Part shown: positions 12,832 through 22,413 of the stretch, piece by piece
Layout: each line of letters begins with the position of its first letter
Numbering within the stretch: position 1 is the first letter of the stretch
Made by a program: the position numbers and the translations under genes
Assembly: GCA_963805975.1 (NCBI GenBank)
Contig: CAWDVR010000001.1
Span: forward strand, 544,001-608,000
Length of the DNA stretch: 64,000 bases
Direction of reading: 5' to 3'
From: an uncultured Acidobacteriota bacterium
GTDB lineage: Bacteria > Acidobacteriota > Thermoanaerobaculia > Multivoradales > SZUA-115
The notes under the pieces: generated by a model
What the model saw: only the letters and a program-made list of their open reading frames with translations
The model's database searches: none
What the model was told of the DNA's origin: nothing

Positions 12832-13829
12832 GGTTCTGGTTCCGCCTGCGCCAGCAGCTCCGCTCGCTCCTCCCCGGACAGGAAGGCCGTGGCCAGCGCG
12901 TTCTCTTGCAGGCGGCGGAGATCGCTCTCCGTGAGCCCCAGCTCCTCCTCGGCCACGCGGTACTCGTGCGCGAGGTCGATGCCGGAGATCGAGGGGTCGT
13001 CGGTCGAGAGCGAGGCGAGGAGGCCGCGGGCGAGGAAGCGGGGCAGGGGGTGCTCGGCGTAGCTCGTCACAGTGCTGGTCTGCAGGTTGCTCGTCGGGCA
13101 GCATTCGAGGGCGATGCCGCGCTCGGCCAGGAGGTCGAGCACCGCCGCGTCCTCCACGGCGCGCACGCCGTGGCCGATGCGCTCGGCCCCCAGCTCGAGC
13201 ACCGCCTGCCGCACGCTCTCGGCCCCGGCCGCCTCGCCGGCGTGGGCCACCACGCGCAGGCCGGCGTCCCTGGCGCGGGCGAAGTGGCGGACGAAGAGGC
13301 CGCCGGGGAAGTTCTTCTCGTCGCCGGCGAGGTCCAGGGCGGCGACCCCGCGGTCGCGGCAGCGGATCGCCGCCTCGAGCTCGATCTCGGCGGTCTCCGG
13401 CCCGAAGGTACGCGACAGGATGACGATGAGCTTGGCACGGACGGGCAGGTCCGAGGCGCCGGCGACCACGTCGCAGATCGCCTCGGTGACGCCCAGCGGG
13501 TCCAGCCCGTGGGCGCCGGCCATGAAGTAGGGCGAGAAGCGCAGCTCGATGGCGTCGATGCCCTCGGCCACGGCGTCCTCGAGGTTCTCTCTCGCGATGC
13601 GCCGCACCGCCTCGTAGTCGACCAGCACCCGTTGCAGGATGTCGAACTTGGCCAGGAAGCCCAGGAGGTCGGGCTCCGTGGTCATCACCTGCACGTGGGG
13701 GCGCAGCGCCTCGAGCTCCCAGGCCGGGAGCTCCAGGTTGTGCCGGCGCGCGAGATCGAGGACGGTTCCGAGCCTCACGTTGCCGTCCAGGTGGCGGTGG
13801 AGCTCGACCAGGGGGTAGCCGTTTCGCAT
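12795..13829 (-). CDS. add: Adenosine deaminase
   Basis: ELHRHLDG, ELRFSP, DLAGDE, HAGEA, RIGHG, CPTSN, TDDP. Confidence 0.93.
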   Translation of the reverse strand: MRNGYPLVELHRHLDGNVRLGTVLDLARRHNLELPAWELEALRPHVQVMTTEPDLLGFLAKFDILQRVLVDYEAVRRIARENLEDAVAEGIDAIELRFSPYFMAGAHGLDPLGVTEAICDVVAGASDLPVRAKLIVILSRTFGPETAEIELEAAIRCRDRGVAALDLAGDEKNFPGGLFVRHFARARDAGLRVVAHAGEAAGAESVRQAVLELGAERIGHGVRAVEDAAVLDLLAERGIALECCPTSNLQTSTVTSYAEHPLPRFLARGLLASLSTDDPSISGIDLAHEYRVAEEELGLTESDLRRLQENALATAFLSGEERAELLAQAEPEPAGTGPAATFRV

Positions 13830-13841
13830 CCAGGCATTCTA

Positions 13842-13884
13842 GTAGGGGCGACCGGCGGTCGCCCCGATGCCCGGCGGTCGCCCT
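13842..13884 (+). repeat. GTAG-type REP palindrome plus a partial copy
   Basis: GTAG-GGGCGACCG-G-CGGTCGCCC followed by CCGGCGGTCGCCC; intergenic. Confidence 0.65.
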
Positions 13885-13904
13885 CTCCGCGCCTGCCGAA
13901 CGGG

Positions 13905-15575
13905 TCAGTCGTACATCCCGTCCGCGAACCAGTCCCCCGTGGCGCGGTCGCGGAACACGCGGTAGATGCCGCCGCCGGCGAGCTCCACGTCCCAGTAGTC
14001 CCGGAGCGTGGGGCTCTCGGACCACCACTCCTCCTCGAGCCCCCAGGGGCCGGAGGCCACCCGCACCCGGCCGCGGATGCGGGGCGGCTTGCGGGGTTCC
14101 TGATCGGGATCGTCCGCCACGGGGCGAGGCTCGATCGAGAGCAGCCGGATGCCCAAGAGCTCGGGCGGCGGCCCACTGCCGTAGGGCACCACGGGCTCGG
14201 CCACCATGTCCTCCATTGCGAAGCGCTCGTCGGGCTCGGGCGGCGCCGGGGGCCTCCCCTCGGCCGGGCCCCCCTCGGGCGGAGCCGTGGTCAAGACCTC
14301 GATCGGCACCGGCGGGCGCAGCACCCGCACGGCGAGGAGGCCCTGGCCGCGGCGCGGCTCGCGCTCCACGCGCGGCGGTGGCGGCGGAGCATAGGCGACC
14401 AGTGCGAAGCGCTCGGGACGGTGGCCGTCGGCGGTGGCCGGCGAGCCGGAGCGGCCCGGCCCGAGCAGGGCGAAGAGGCGGGCGAGGGTGGTGGCGAGCT
14501 GATCGGGCGACAGGGCCTCGGGGCCGAAGAGGGAGAGCTGGGCCTCGCGCGGCCGGTCGGGATGGGCGGTGAAGCGGAAGGCGACGACCGGCGCGCCGGG
14601 AGGGCGGGCCTCGAGCTCGAGCCGCACCAGGGTGAGGAGCGTCTTGGTGTCGCGCGTGGGAGCGGGCAGGTCGAGGCTGCGCTCGTAGAGACCGTCGGGC
14701 TCGAGCTTCAGGGCGAGCTCCAGACGCTTGGCGGCGAACCCCTGCGCGGCGAGGCGCTGGCCCAGGCGGTCCAGGGCGGCGCGGCCGACGAAGAGAAAGG
14801 GCTCGAGCGAGACCAGCGGCCAGTCGAGGCTCATGCCCTCGCGGAAGCAGGGCGGCACGGGGCGGGGCATCAGGGGCTGGGGGTCGAGGCCGCGCGCCGT
14901 GGCGTGCAGCTCCTGCCCCGCCCTGCCCAGGCGGCTCGCCACCTCTGCCGCCGGCAGCTTGGCGAAGTCGCCGATCGAGCGCACGCCCCAGCGCTCCAGG
15001 GTGGCGGAGACGCCGAGCTCCGGCGCCAGGCGCTCGAGCGGCAGGGGGGCGAGGAAGGCGGCCTCCTCGCCCAGGGGAACGACGGTCGGCGAGCGTGGGA
15101 GGTCCGCCGCCACCCGCGCCGCGAGCTTGGCCGCCGCCACCCCCACCCGCACCGGCAGGTCGGCCTTCTGCGCGGCGTCGATCAGCGCGCGGCCGACCTG
15201 GTGCTCGAAGTGCTCGCCGGGGAAGTGGCGCTCCAGGCCTTCGAGATCGAGGTAGACGACGCCCTCGCCCGCGTCCTCGACGCGGGGGGAGAGGGTCTCG
15301 GCGGCTTCCACCAGGGCCTCCTGGGCGGAGCGCTCACAGTCCGCGTCTCTCGCGCGCGCCACCAGCTTGGGCAGCAGGGCCCGCGCCTGGGGCAGGGTGA
15401 GGCCCGCCTTGAGCCCGGCCTGCCGCGCCGAGCGGGTAGCGGCCACCAGGCGGGCGGCGTTGCCGCTGCCGGCGAAGACGGCGAAGGCCTCCCGGGCGAG
15501 CTCGGGCTCGCTCCTCAGGCGTGCCGCGAGCGGGAAGAGGGGGACGACGAGGCAGGCGAGGCGGGCGGGTGGCAT
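13905..15575 (-). CDS. imuB: ImuB, catalytically degenerate Y-family polymerase accessory protein
   Basis: GLTLPQARAL, SPRVE..GEGVVYLD, KLAARVAA, LERWGVRSIGDF; C-terminal GPW..EEEWW..RDYWDVE..DGMYD. Confidence 0.88.
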   Translation of the reverse strand: MPPARLACLVVPLFPLAARLRSEPELAREAFAVFAGSGNAARLVAATRSARQAGLKAGLTLPQARALLPKLVARARDADCERSAQEALVEAAETLSPRVEDAGEGVVYLDLEGLERHFPGEHFEHQVGRALIDAAQKADLPVRVGVAAAKLAARVAADLPRSPTVVPLGEEAAFLAPLPLERLAPELGVSATLERWGVRSIGDFAKLPAAEVASRLGRAGQELHATARGLDPQPLMPRPVPPCFREGMSLDWPLVSLEPFLFVGRAALDRLGQRLAAQGFAAKRLELALKLEPDGLYERSLDLPAPTRDTKTLLTLVRLELEARPPGAPVVAFRFTAHPDRPREAQLSLFGPEALSPDQLATTLARLFALLGPGRSGSPATADGHRPERFALVAYAPPPPPRVEREPRRGQGLLAVRVLRPPVPIEVLTTAPPEGGPAEGRPPAPPEPDERFAMEDMVAEPVVPYGSGPPPELLGIRLLSIEPRPVADDPDQEPRKPPRIRGRVRVASGPWGLEEEWWSESPTLRDYWDVELAGGGIYRVFRDRATGDWFADGMYD

Positions 15576-15596
15576 GGATCAAGGCCCTTCAACCTT

Positions 15597-15713
15597 CCCT
15601 CACCCCAACCCTCTCCCGCAAGCGGGAGAGGGGGTCAAGGCCACTGCCGGCTCCCTCCGGTCCCCTCGCCCCGCTTGCGGGGAGAGGGTTAGGGTGAGGG
15701 GCTGGGGTGAGGG
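15597..15713. repeat. Inverted REP doublet of the CCCTCACCCCAACCCTCTCCC...GGGAGAGGG family
   Basis: 15597-15632 and an imperfect inverted copy at 15663-15700, each with an internal hairpin; lies between imuA and imuB. Confidence 0.8.
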
Positions 15714-15716
15714 TCC

Positions 15717-16601
15717 TCACCGCCCACCTCCCACTGCCACAAGCGGCAGCGGTGCGGCCTCCGGCAGCCGCTCGACGGCGGACGGCGACAGCTCCGCCGC
15801 CGGGTCGAGGAAGGGGATCGCCCGCCAGGCCAGGCGGGTGTCGCCGCCCGGCGCCTGGCCGCGCTGCTTGGCCACGGCGAGGTGCGAGGCGACACCGGCC
15901 AGGAGGCGTGGCGCGACCCCGCTCCCCAGCCAGGCGGTGCGGGCGCTCTCGACAGCGAGCACCGCGGCGGCGGCCGTGCCGCTCACCCGGTAGGGGGCCG
16001 ACACCAGGAGCGCCGCCTCGTGGTCGCGGGCGGCGCGCGCCAGCCGCAGCCAGCAGCCCTCGTCGGCACGCCCGCGAAGCGGCGGCAGGCCGAGGTCGAG
16101 CACCACCAGGGGAAAGCCGCCGGTGAGCACGGTCTCCGCGGCCGAGAGGGCTTCCTTGAGGCGCCGCGGACGCAGCCACAGGAGCCGCTCGAGGTCCACC
16201 CCCGCCAGGGCGGCGGCCCGCGGGTCGAGGCCGTCGCCCAGGTCGACGAAGGCGGCGGCCCGGCCGGTGCCGGTGACCGCGGCGAGCACGGTGAGCAGGA
16301 GAGAGAAGCGCCCGGAGGTGCGCCGGCCGACCAGCTCGACGAGCGAGCGCCGGGCGAGGCCGCCGCCCAGCAGGCGGTCGAAGGCCGGCTCGGCGGTGGG
16401 CAGAGGGGGCTCGCCGTGCAGGCGCCGGCGGCGAAGAACGAGATCCCGCGCGCTCCCGATACGCGAGCGCAAAGGCTGCGGTAGAGTCTGACGAACAGCC
16501 TCGAGCACCGGCCGGGGAGACCCCGGGGCAGGGGAGTTAGAGACCTCCCCGGCCGGCCGCTCAAGATTGAATTTCCCTGCTTTAGCCGTGGCTGATTCCA
16601 T
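15717..16601 (-). CDS. imuA: ImuA/RecA-like P-loop protein
   Basis: FDRLLGGGL, degenerate Walker A GRRTSGRFS, AGVDLERLL, LVVLD; directly upstream of imuB. Confidence 0.8.
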   Translation of the reverse strand: MESATAKAGKFNLERPAGEVSNSPAPGSPRPVLEAVRQTLPQPLRSRIGSARDLVLRRRRLHGEPPLPTAEPAFDRLLGGGLARRSLVELVGRRTSGRFSLLLTVLAAVTGTGRAAAFVDLGDGLDPRAAALAGVDLERLLWLRPRRLKEALSAAETVLTGGFPLVVLDLGLPPLRGRADEGCWLRLARAARDHEAALLVSAPYRVSGTAAAAVLAVESARTAWLGSGVAPRLLAGVASHLAVAKQRGQAPGGDTRLAWRAIPFLDPAAELSPSAVERLPEAAPLPLVAVGGGR

Positions 16602-16636
16602 GTTGATTTTCGGAGGTTCTGTGCGCTTCGTGTCCG

Positions 16637-16688
16637 AGGCAAAGAGTAGGCGTAAAAAAGGCGTAAGTCAAGGGCAAGTTAGGCGTAA
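16637..16688 (-). promoter_or_regulatory. Sigma70-type promoter of imuA overlapped by phased direct repeats (candidate SOS operator)
   Basis: Minus strand TTGACT (16671-16666), 17-nt spacer, TACTCT (16648-16643); AGGCGTAA at 16648, 16659 and 16681. Confidence 0.72.
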
Positions 16689-16742
16689 GTTTGAGCGTCT
16701 GGGCGGAAGCCCCCCTTCTCCTCGGGCGGAAGGGGGCGGCCG

Positions 16743-17943
16743 GTGAGGGGCCGTTGCGAGGTGGCGGTGGTCGGTGGCGGGGCCGTGGGAGCCGCCACCG
16801 CCATGGCGCTCGTCGGGAAGGTCGGCTCCCTGGTGCTGATCGAGGCCGAGCCGGCGCTCGCCGCCCACCAGAGCAGTCACAACAGCGGCGTCATCCACTC
16901 CGGTCTCTACTACAAGCCCGGCTCGCTCAAAGCCGAGACCGCCACCGCGGGCCGCGACGCCCTCTACCGCTTCTGCGCCGAGGAAGGTCTGCCGCACCGC
17001 CGCTGCGGCAAGCTGGTGGTGGCGACCGAGGAGCGGGAGCTGCCGGCCCTGGCCGAGCTCGAGCGCCGTGGCCGGGCCAACGGCTTGGTGGACGTGAGGC
17101 GGCTCACCCTGGCGGAGATGCGCGAGGTCGAGCCCGAGGTGGCCGGCCTCGCCGGGCTCTGGGTCGGCGAAACCGGCATCGTGGATTTCGCCGAGGTCAC
17201 CCGCGCCTACGCCCGGAAAGTGGAGGCGGCGGGCGGCGAGGTGCGGACCGGCGCCCGCCTGCTCCGCGTCCACGAGCGGGGCGACGGCCTCACCCTGGAG
17301 ACCGACGGCCGGCGAGCTCGGCTGCAACTTCCTGGTGAACTGCGCGGGGCTCGGCAGCGACCGCGTGGCGCGCCTCTGCGGCGTCGACCCGGAGGTCTCG
17401 ATCGTGCCCTTCCGCGGCGACTACTACGAGCTCGAGCCCGAGCGGCGGTCCCTGGTCCGCGGGCTGATCTACCCGGTGCCGGACGCCTCCCTGCCGTTCC
17501 TGGGCGTCCACTTGACGCGCACCATCCACGGCCAGGTCGAGGCCGGGCCCAACGCCGTGCTGGCCCTGGCCCGCGAGCGCTACCGCAAGCTCGCCTTCGT
17601 GCCGCGGGACGCCTGGGCCGCCCTCACCTACCCCGGCACCTGGCGGTTGCTACGGCGCTACTGGCGCACCGGCTGGGCGGAGGTGCGACGCTCGCTCTCT
17701 CCCACCGCCTTCGCCGCGGCCCTGGCCCGGCTGGTGCCGGCGATCCGCCGGCAGGACATCCGGCCCGCCGGCTGCGGCATCCGGGCCCAGGCCGTCGACC
17801 GCCAGGGCCGCTTGGTCGAGGACTTCCACCTGCTGACGGCGAAGAGGAGCCTGCACGTGCTCAACGCCCCCTCCCCAGCCGCCACCGCCTCGATCGCCAT
17901 CGGGCGGGTGGTGGCGGAGAAGGTGAGGGCGGCGCTGGAGTGA
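16743..17943 (+). CDS. lhgO: L-2-hydroxyglutarate oxidase, split by a +1 frameshift near 17307 (probable sequence error)
   Basis: GGGAVG, HQSSHNSGVIHSGLYYKPGSLKA; second frame NCAGL..SDR, PFRGDYY, IYPVPD, FLGVH, NAPSPAATAS. Confidence 0.88.
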
Positions 17944-18094
17944 GCCTGCTCAGTCCTCGTGGGCTTCGCGGATCAGGTCGATAAAGAAAAACCTCGACTC
18001 AGGGAATACCACTGGCGGTGTGAAGTCGGGGCGACTCTCGAAGGTTCAGGAGAGCGCCCCGCAGGGGGTCGATCGAGAGCCGAGAGGAGATACC

Positions 18095-18451
18095 CTACAT
18101 GTCCACGAGCACGCTGAAGCCGCCGTAGACCATGCGCTTCATGTCGAAGGGCATCTTCTTCGGCATCTTGGCCAGGCGTGGGTCTTTCATCACCTGGGCG
18201 TTGACCTTGTTGCGGTGGGCCTTGGACTTGTAGAGGATCCAGGCGAAGACCACGGTCTCGCCGCGCTTCAAGGGGACCGTGGTCGAGAACGGCACCATGC
18301 CCTGAACGTCCAGGTCGTCGCCCGCACACTCGCAGTACTGGAGAGCGCCGTGCTCTATCCAGATCTTGCCGGCCTGCTGGGCGATGCGGCGGTAGGCCGG
18401 GATGTTCTTCTTGGGTATTGGTAGTACGAATCCATCGACATAACGAGGCAT
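18095..18451 (-). CDS. DUF1428 (YbaA-like) protein
   Basis: YVDGFV, W.EHGAL.Y.EC.GDD, ETVVFAWI, MPFDMKRMVYGGF. Confidence 0.9.
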   Translation of the reverse strand: MPRYVDGFVLPIPKKNIPAYRRIAQQAGKIWIEHGALQYCECAGDDLDVQGMVPFSTTVPLKRGETVVFAWILYKSKAHRNKVNAQVMKDPRLAKMPKKMPFDMKRMVYGGFSVLVDM

Positions 18452-18552
18452 CGTTCGTCTCCTCTAGGTAGGTTCGTCGAGCACATCCTCCGGACCGAGG
18501 AATTCTACCGTGGGCTTTCGAGGTGGAGGAGGAGCCTTCGGCGGAGAGAGGG

Positions 18553-18599
18553 TCTGCCGGGGCGCCCCCTGGAGGATTCCAGGAGACGCCCCGGCGGGA
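18553..18599 (-). terminator. GC-rich hairpin downstream of the 18617-19072 gene
   Basis: CCGGGGCG..CCTGGA/TCCAGG..CGCCCCGG imperfect stem; no clear U tract. Confidence 0.4.
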
Positions 18600-18616
18600 G
18601 AGGAGAGAGCGGGTGG

Positions 18617-19072
18617 TTAGGAAAGGCTGCGGAGCAGCCGGTTGAAGCTGTCGGTGGGAAGCGAGACGCGGATGTCCGAGTCGTGGTCGTGGACGGTGAT
18701 CTCGAGCGAGCGGCCTTCCTTCGCGATCCGCACCCGTTCGCGGCTGCTCTCGACGCTCACCAGCACGGCGTCGGGGCAGTCCTCGATCGCCTGGAAGACG
18801 GCGTGGAGCGAGTCGCGCCAGGGCTCGATCTTGCGCGTCAGAGCGGCACGCTCGCGGTCCGGCATGAAGAGCGCCAGGGCATCCACCCCCAACTCGACGA
18901 AAGCCGCCGGTACCGGCAGGTAGAGGTTGACGCCGTCCGGCGAGCGATCCTGGATGGCCACCGTCACCACGCCCTTGTGGATCACCACGGCCGCCAGCGC
19001 CACCCCGGTGCCGGCCAGCATCACGGCACCGGCGATCATCAGCACGGCGAAGAAGCGAAGGATGCGTTTCAT
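18617..19072 (-). CDS. Exported or membrane-anchored hypothetical protein
   Basis: N-terminal hydrophobic segment; VNLYLPVP...LVSVESSRERVRIAK...IRVSLP pattern shared with its neighbour. Confidence 0.7.
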   Translation of the reverse strand: MKRILRFFAVLMIAGAVMLAGTGVALAAVVIHKGVVTVAIQDRSPDGVNLYLPVPAAFVELGVDALALFMPDRERAALTRKIEPWRDSLHAVFQAIEDCPDAVLVSVESSRERVRIAKEGRSLEITVHDHDSDIRVSLPTDSFNRLLRSLS

Positions 19073-19096
19073 GATGCGGCTCCCCTTTTACGGTTC

Positions 19097-19162
19097 GTCA
19101 GCCAGAGCGTCGCGAGGGATTCTTCGCTGCGCTCGGGATGACAGTCGGTCACTCAGGATGAC
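19097..19162. repeat. Degenerate REP cluster of the GTCATCCTGAGCGCAGCGAAGGATC family
   Basis: GATTCTTCGCTGCGCTCGGGATGAC plus CTCAGGATGAC and a decayed forward copy; matches 23839-23938. Confidence 0.75.
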
Positions 19163-19170
19163 AGTCGCCG

Positions 19171-19728
19171 TCAGCGGGCTTCGGGCTGGCTGTCGATCCA
19201 CACCCGCACCTGGCTGCGATCGTCGTTCACGGTCACCAGCTCGCCCTCGCCCTCGGCCACCAGGGCGGCGAGCGCTGCCTGCACGTTCAGGCTGTTGCCC
19301 TCGCCGGAGAGGAGCGCGTCGACCACGGTCAGGGGGATGCGCGCGTGGATCTCGGCGCCGCTCCCGGAGTGCTCGGTGGTGCGCGCCACCAGGTAGCCGC
19401 GCTCCTTGGAGAGCTTGATGTTCTCGTTGTTGCTCTTGACCGTGACGTAGGTCATGTCCGGGGAGGTCGAGACCTCGTGCCACAGGGCACGCAGCTTGGC
19501 GGCGTCGAACTCCTGGTTGTCGATCACGATCCGGCCGTCGCGCATCTGGTCCTGCGGGATCAGCGGCAGGGCCTTCTCGACGATCGAGATGGGAAGGTTG
19601 ACGGTGACGGTCTCGTTGCCGTTGGCCTGGTCCTGGACGGTGACGTGGAACCAGAGGTCGGCGGCGGTGGCGGGCAAGGCGGACAGCGCCACGGTGAGGA
19701 TGGCAGCGCAAAGCGTACGGGTCTTCAT
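19171..19728 (-). CDS. Secreted hypothetical protein with an internal two-fold repeat
   Basis: Signal peptide ending ATA-A; VNLPISIVEKAL / ARIPLTVVDALL repeat. Confidence 0.7.
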   Translation of the reverse strand: MKTRTLCAAILTVALSALPATAADLWFHVTVQDQANGNETVTVNLPISIVEKALPLIPQDQMRDGRIVIDNQEFDAAKLRALWHEVSTSPDMTYVTVKSNNENIKLSKERGYLVARTTEHSGSGAEIHARIPLTVVDALLSGEGNSLNVQAALAALVAEGEGELVTVNDDRSQVRVWIDSQPEAR

Positions 19729-19840
19729 GAGAACAAGCTCCTTTCCCTCGGGGGGAGATGCGTGCTGCTCGGTTTTTTCAGCTCGGGGCGGCGTGTCGGC
19801 CGCTCTCAACCGAAAAGACGCTCGAGGGTAGGCGAATGTT

Positions 19841-21655
19841 TCAGCCGCCCGACGGGGCGACGTCGGCGAGCTCGTCGATCATCGCGGAGATGACGTCGAA
19901 GCCGCCGCGCCAGAAGGCCGGGTCGGTCGGGTCGACGCCGGTCTCGGCCAGGATCTGCTGCGGCCGCGCCGAGCCGCCGTAGGCAAGGAGCTTGAGGTAG
20001 GCCGGCTTGAAGGCCTCGCCCTCCTGCTGATAGCGCCGGTAAAGGGCGAGAACCAGGAGCTGGCCGAAGCTGTAGGCGTAGCAGTAGAAGGGAGTCTGGT
20101 AGAGGTGGGGGATGGCCAGCCATTCGTGCTGGAACTCGGGCGGCACCTCCACGGCGTCGCCGAACTGCTCCTGGAGGTTGGCGAAGTAGAGGGCGTTGAG
20201 CTCCTGCGGCGAGCGGCCGGCGAGGATCGCCTTGTGCGCTTCGATCTCGAAGAGCACGAAGTAGGCCTGGCGCACCACCGAGGCGTAGATGCTGTCGATC
20301 GAGTAGACCAGGAGCTCGCGCCGCGCCACCGGCTCCTTCTCCTGCTCCAGCAGGCGGTCGGTGACCAGCATCTCGGCGAACACCGAGGCAGTCTCGGCGA
20401 GCGGCAGCGAGGAGCGCTGGGTGAGCACCGAGTGGCCGGAGGCCATGGTGCTGTGCACGGCGTGGCCCAGCTCGTGGGCGAGGGTGGTCACGTCGCGCAG
20501 CCGCTCGTTGTAGGACACCAGCACCCACGGCGTCTGGCTGGGCAGCACGGTGGCACAGAAGGCGCCCGTGCGCTTGCCCCGCCGCACCTCGCTGTCGATA
20601 TGGTGCTCGTCGAACACCCGCCGCGCCTGGGCGGCGAAGCAGGGATGGAAGCGCTCGAAGGTGTCGAGCACCGTCGCCACCGAGTCGTGGTAGGGCACCT
20701 TGCGGTCGGTCTCGGCCAGCGGGGCGTAAAGGTCGTAGCGGCGCAGCCGCGGCAGCCCCAGGTGGCCGGCCTTCCAGCGGAAGTAGCGCTGGAAGACCGG
20801 CGCGGACTCGCGGATGACCTGCAGGAGAGTGTCGACGGCGGCGTCCGGGATGTCGTTGCCCACGTTGCGCACCGCGATCGGCGAGGAGAAGCCGCGCAGG
20901 CCCACCTGCTCGTTGTACCAGTCGCGCACCCGGTTGGCGTAGATCTGCGCCAGCGGCGTGGCCTCGCGGCCGTAGACCCGGAACAGCTCGCGGTACACCG
21001 CCTCCCGCAGCACCGGCCGCGGCGAGTGGGTGTAGCCCACCAGCTCATCGCGGGTCAGGGTGCGTTTCTCGCCGTCCACCTCGAGCTCGAACTCGAGCCG
21101 GTTGGTGAGCACGGAGTAGAGGGTGAGGAGCGCGCCCACGCCGTCACTGTCCTTCAAGCCGATGATCTGTTCGCTGCGCTCGTCCAGGGTGTAGGGCTTG
21201 AAGCGCCGGACCTCGGAGAGATAGTGGACGAGGTCCGGCCGGGCGGCGACCCCGGGCAGCAGGGCCTCGGCCTCGGCATCCGACAGGCTCTTCCACCACA
21301 GCTCGAAGAAGAGGACGCGGTTGTTGGTCGCCACCAGGGACTGCTGCACTCGGTTCTGGCAGGTGAGCGCGGCCTGCGACTGGGTGTCGCCGGCGAACCA
21401 AAGAGTGGCGTAGGACTCGAGCACCAGCATGCGCTCGACCAGCGCCTCGTAGTCCTCGACCACGGCGCGGAAGGCCGCGGGGTCGAGGTCCGGCGCCAGC
21501 CGGCTGCGCCAGGCCTCGAAGGCCAGCACGGCGGTCTCGAGATCCTGGAGCTGGCGGGCGAGGGCCTCCTCGGTCTGCTCTGCGAGGAGCTGGGAAAGGT
21601 CCCAGGCTGCGGGTGAATAGACTGGGCTCGCTTCGAGGAGGGAGGTTGTCGTCAT
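19841..21655 (-). CDS. pepF: Oligoendopeptidase F (M3B)
   Basis: WDLS, GKRTGAFC, TLAHELGH, LAETASVFAE, IPH..TPFYCYAYSFG. Confidence 0.93.
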   Translation of the reverse strand: MTTTSLLEASPVYSPAAWDLSQLLAEQTEEALARQLQDLETAVLAFEAWRSRLAPDLDPAAFRAVVEDYEALVERMLVLESYATLWFAGDTQSQAALTCQNRVQQSLVATNNRVLFFELWWKSLSDAEAEALLPGVAARPDLVHYLSEVRRFKPYTLDERSEQIIGLKDSDGVGALLTLYSVLTNRLEFELEVDGEKRTLTRDELVGYTHSPRPVLREAVYRELFRVYGREATPLAQIYANRVRDWYNEQVGLRGFSSPIAVRNVGNDIPDAAVDTLLQVIRESAPVFQRYFRWKAGHLGLPRLRRYDLYAPLAETDRKVPYHDSVATVLDTFERFHPCFAAQARRVFDEHHIDSEVRRGKRTGAFCATVLPSQTPWVLVSYNERLRDVTTLAHELGHAVHSTMASGHSVLTQRSSLPLAETASVFAEMLVTDRLLEQEKEPVARRELLVYSIDSIYASVVRQAYFVLFEIEAHKAILAGRSPQELNALYFANLQEQFGDAVEVPPEFQHEWLAIPHLYQTPFYCYAYSFGQLLVLALYRRYQQEGEAFKPAYLKLLAYGGSARPQQILAETGVDPTDPAFWRGGFDVISAMIDELADVAPSGG

Positions 21656-21844
21656 TTTTTAGAGTATGCAGAAAGTTGATCGGTTTTCTGAGCAGACGGG
21701 AAATTCTAGATCAAGCGAAGGCTTTGCGGGTGGCTGTCCCGCTCCCCGAGGGCCTCGGCACTAGGAGGGCGTGTAGCCCCAAGGGGCCTTGGCAGTATCA
21801 TCTCGGCCCCGACTCACCCCGGAACTTTCGTATCGGAGACCGCT

Positions 21845-22093
21845 ATGGCGTGGGATGAAGAAGAAGACACCACGATCTACAAAGTCGTCGTCAACCACGA
21901 GGAGCAGTACTCCATCTGGCCTGCCGACCGCGAGAACCCCCTGGGGTGGAACGACGTCGGCAAGAGCGGCCCCAAGGCCGAGTGCCTGGCCTACATCGAG
22001 GAAGTCTGGACCGACATGAGGCCCCTCTCGCTGCGCAAGAAGATGGAAGAGATGGAGCGCGAGCGGCAGGCGGCGCAAGGCAAGTCCAACTGA
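21845..22093 (+). CDS. mbtH: MbtH-like protein
   Basis: [13 protein letters not shown]...PLGW...[18 protein letters not shown], with all three conserved Trp. Confidence 0.95.
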   Translation: MAWDEEEDTTIYKVVVNHEEQYSIWPADRENPLGWNDVGKSGPKAECLAYIEEVWTDMRPLSLRKKMEEMERERQAAQGKSN

Positions 22094-22107
22094 CGAGGAG
22101 GCGAGCG

Positions 22108-22413
22108 ATGCGAAACTACACCAAGGCCTACTACCTGGGGGAGCTGCGCAAGTTCGCGGGCTTCGCGGCGGTCGCCGGCCCGGCCGCGGCCCGGCTCGAG
22201 GACGAGACCCCGGTCTACGTGCGCGACGACTTCCAGGTCGTCACCTTCGAAGCGGTGTTCGAGGACGAGGCGCCGGAGGCGGAGCTGGTGGTGAAAGAGG
22301 TGACGCCGGAATGGAAGGCGTTCCTCGAGACCCAGCTCGAGCCGCCGTTCGTCATTCCCGACGACCTCAAGTTCATGTACGAAGAGGAACCGGCCCCGGC
22401 CGCGGCCTCCTAG
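22108..22413 (+). CDS. Small acidic hypothetical protein downstream of mbtH
   Basis: GAGGAGG RBS; MRNYTKAYYLGELRKF...VTPEWKAF...IPDDL; coding-like codon usage. Confidence 0.78.
   Translation: MRNYTKAYYLGELRKFAGFAAVAGPAAARLEDETPVYVRDDFQVVTFEAVFEDEAPEAELVVKEVTPEWKAFLETQLEPPFVIPDDLKFMYEEEPAPAAAS

Noticed and set aside
21740-21795. Two similar mini-hairpins upstream of mbtH (CCGAGGGCCTCGG, CCAAGGGGCCTTGG)
   Set aside because: Stems too short to distinguish from chance at this GC content.
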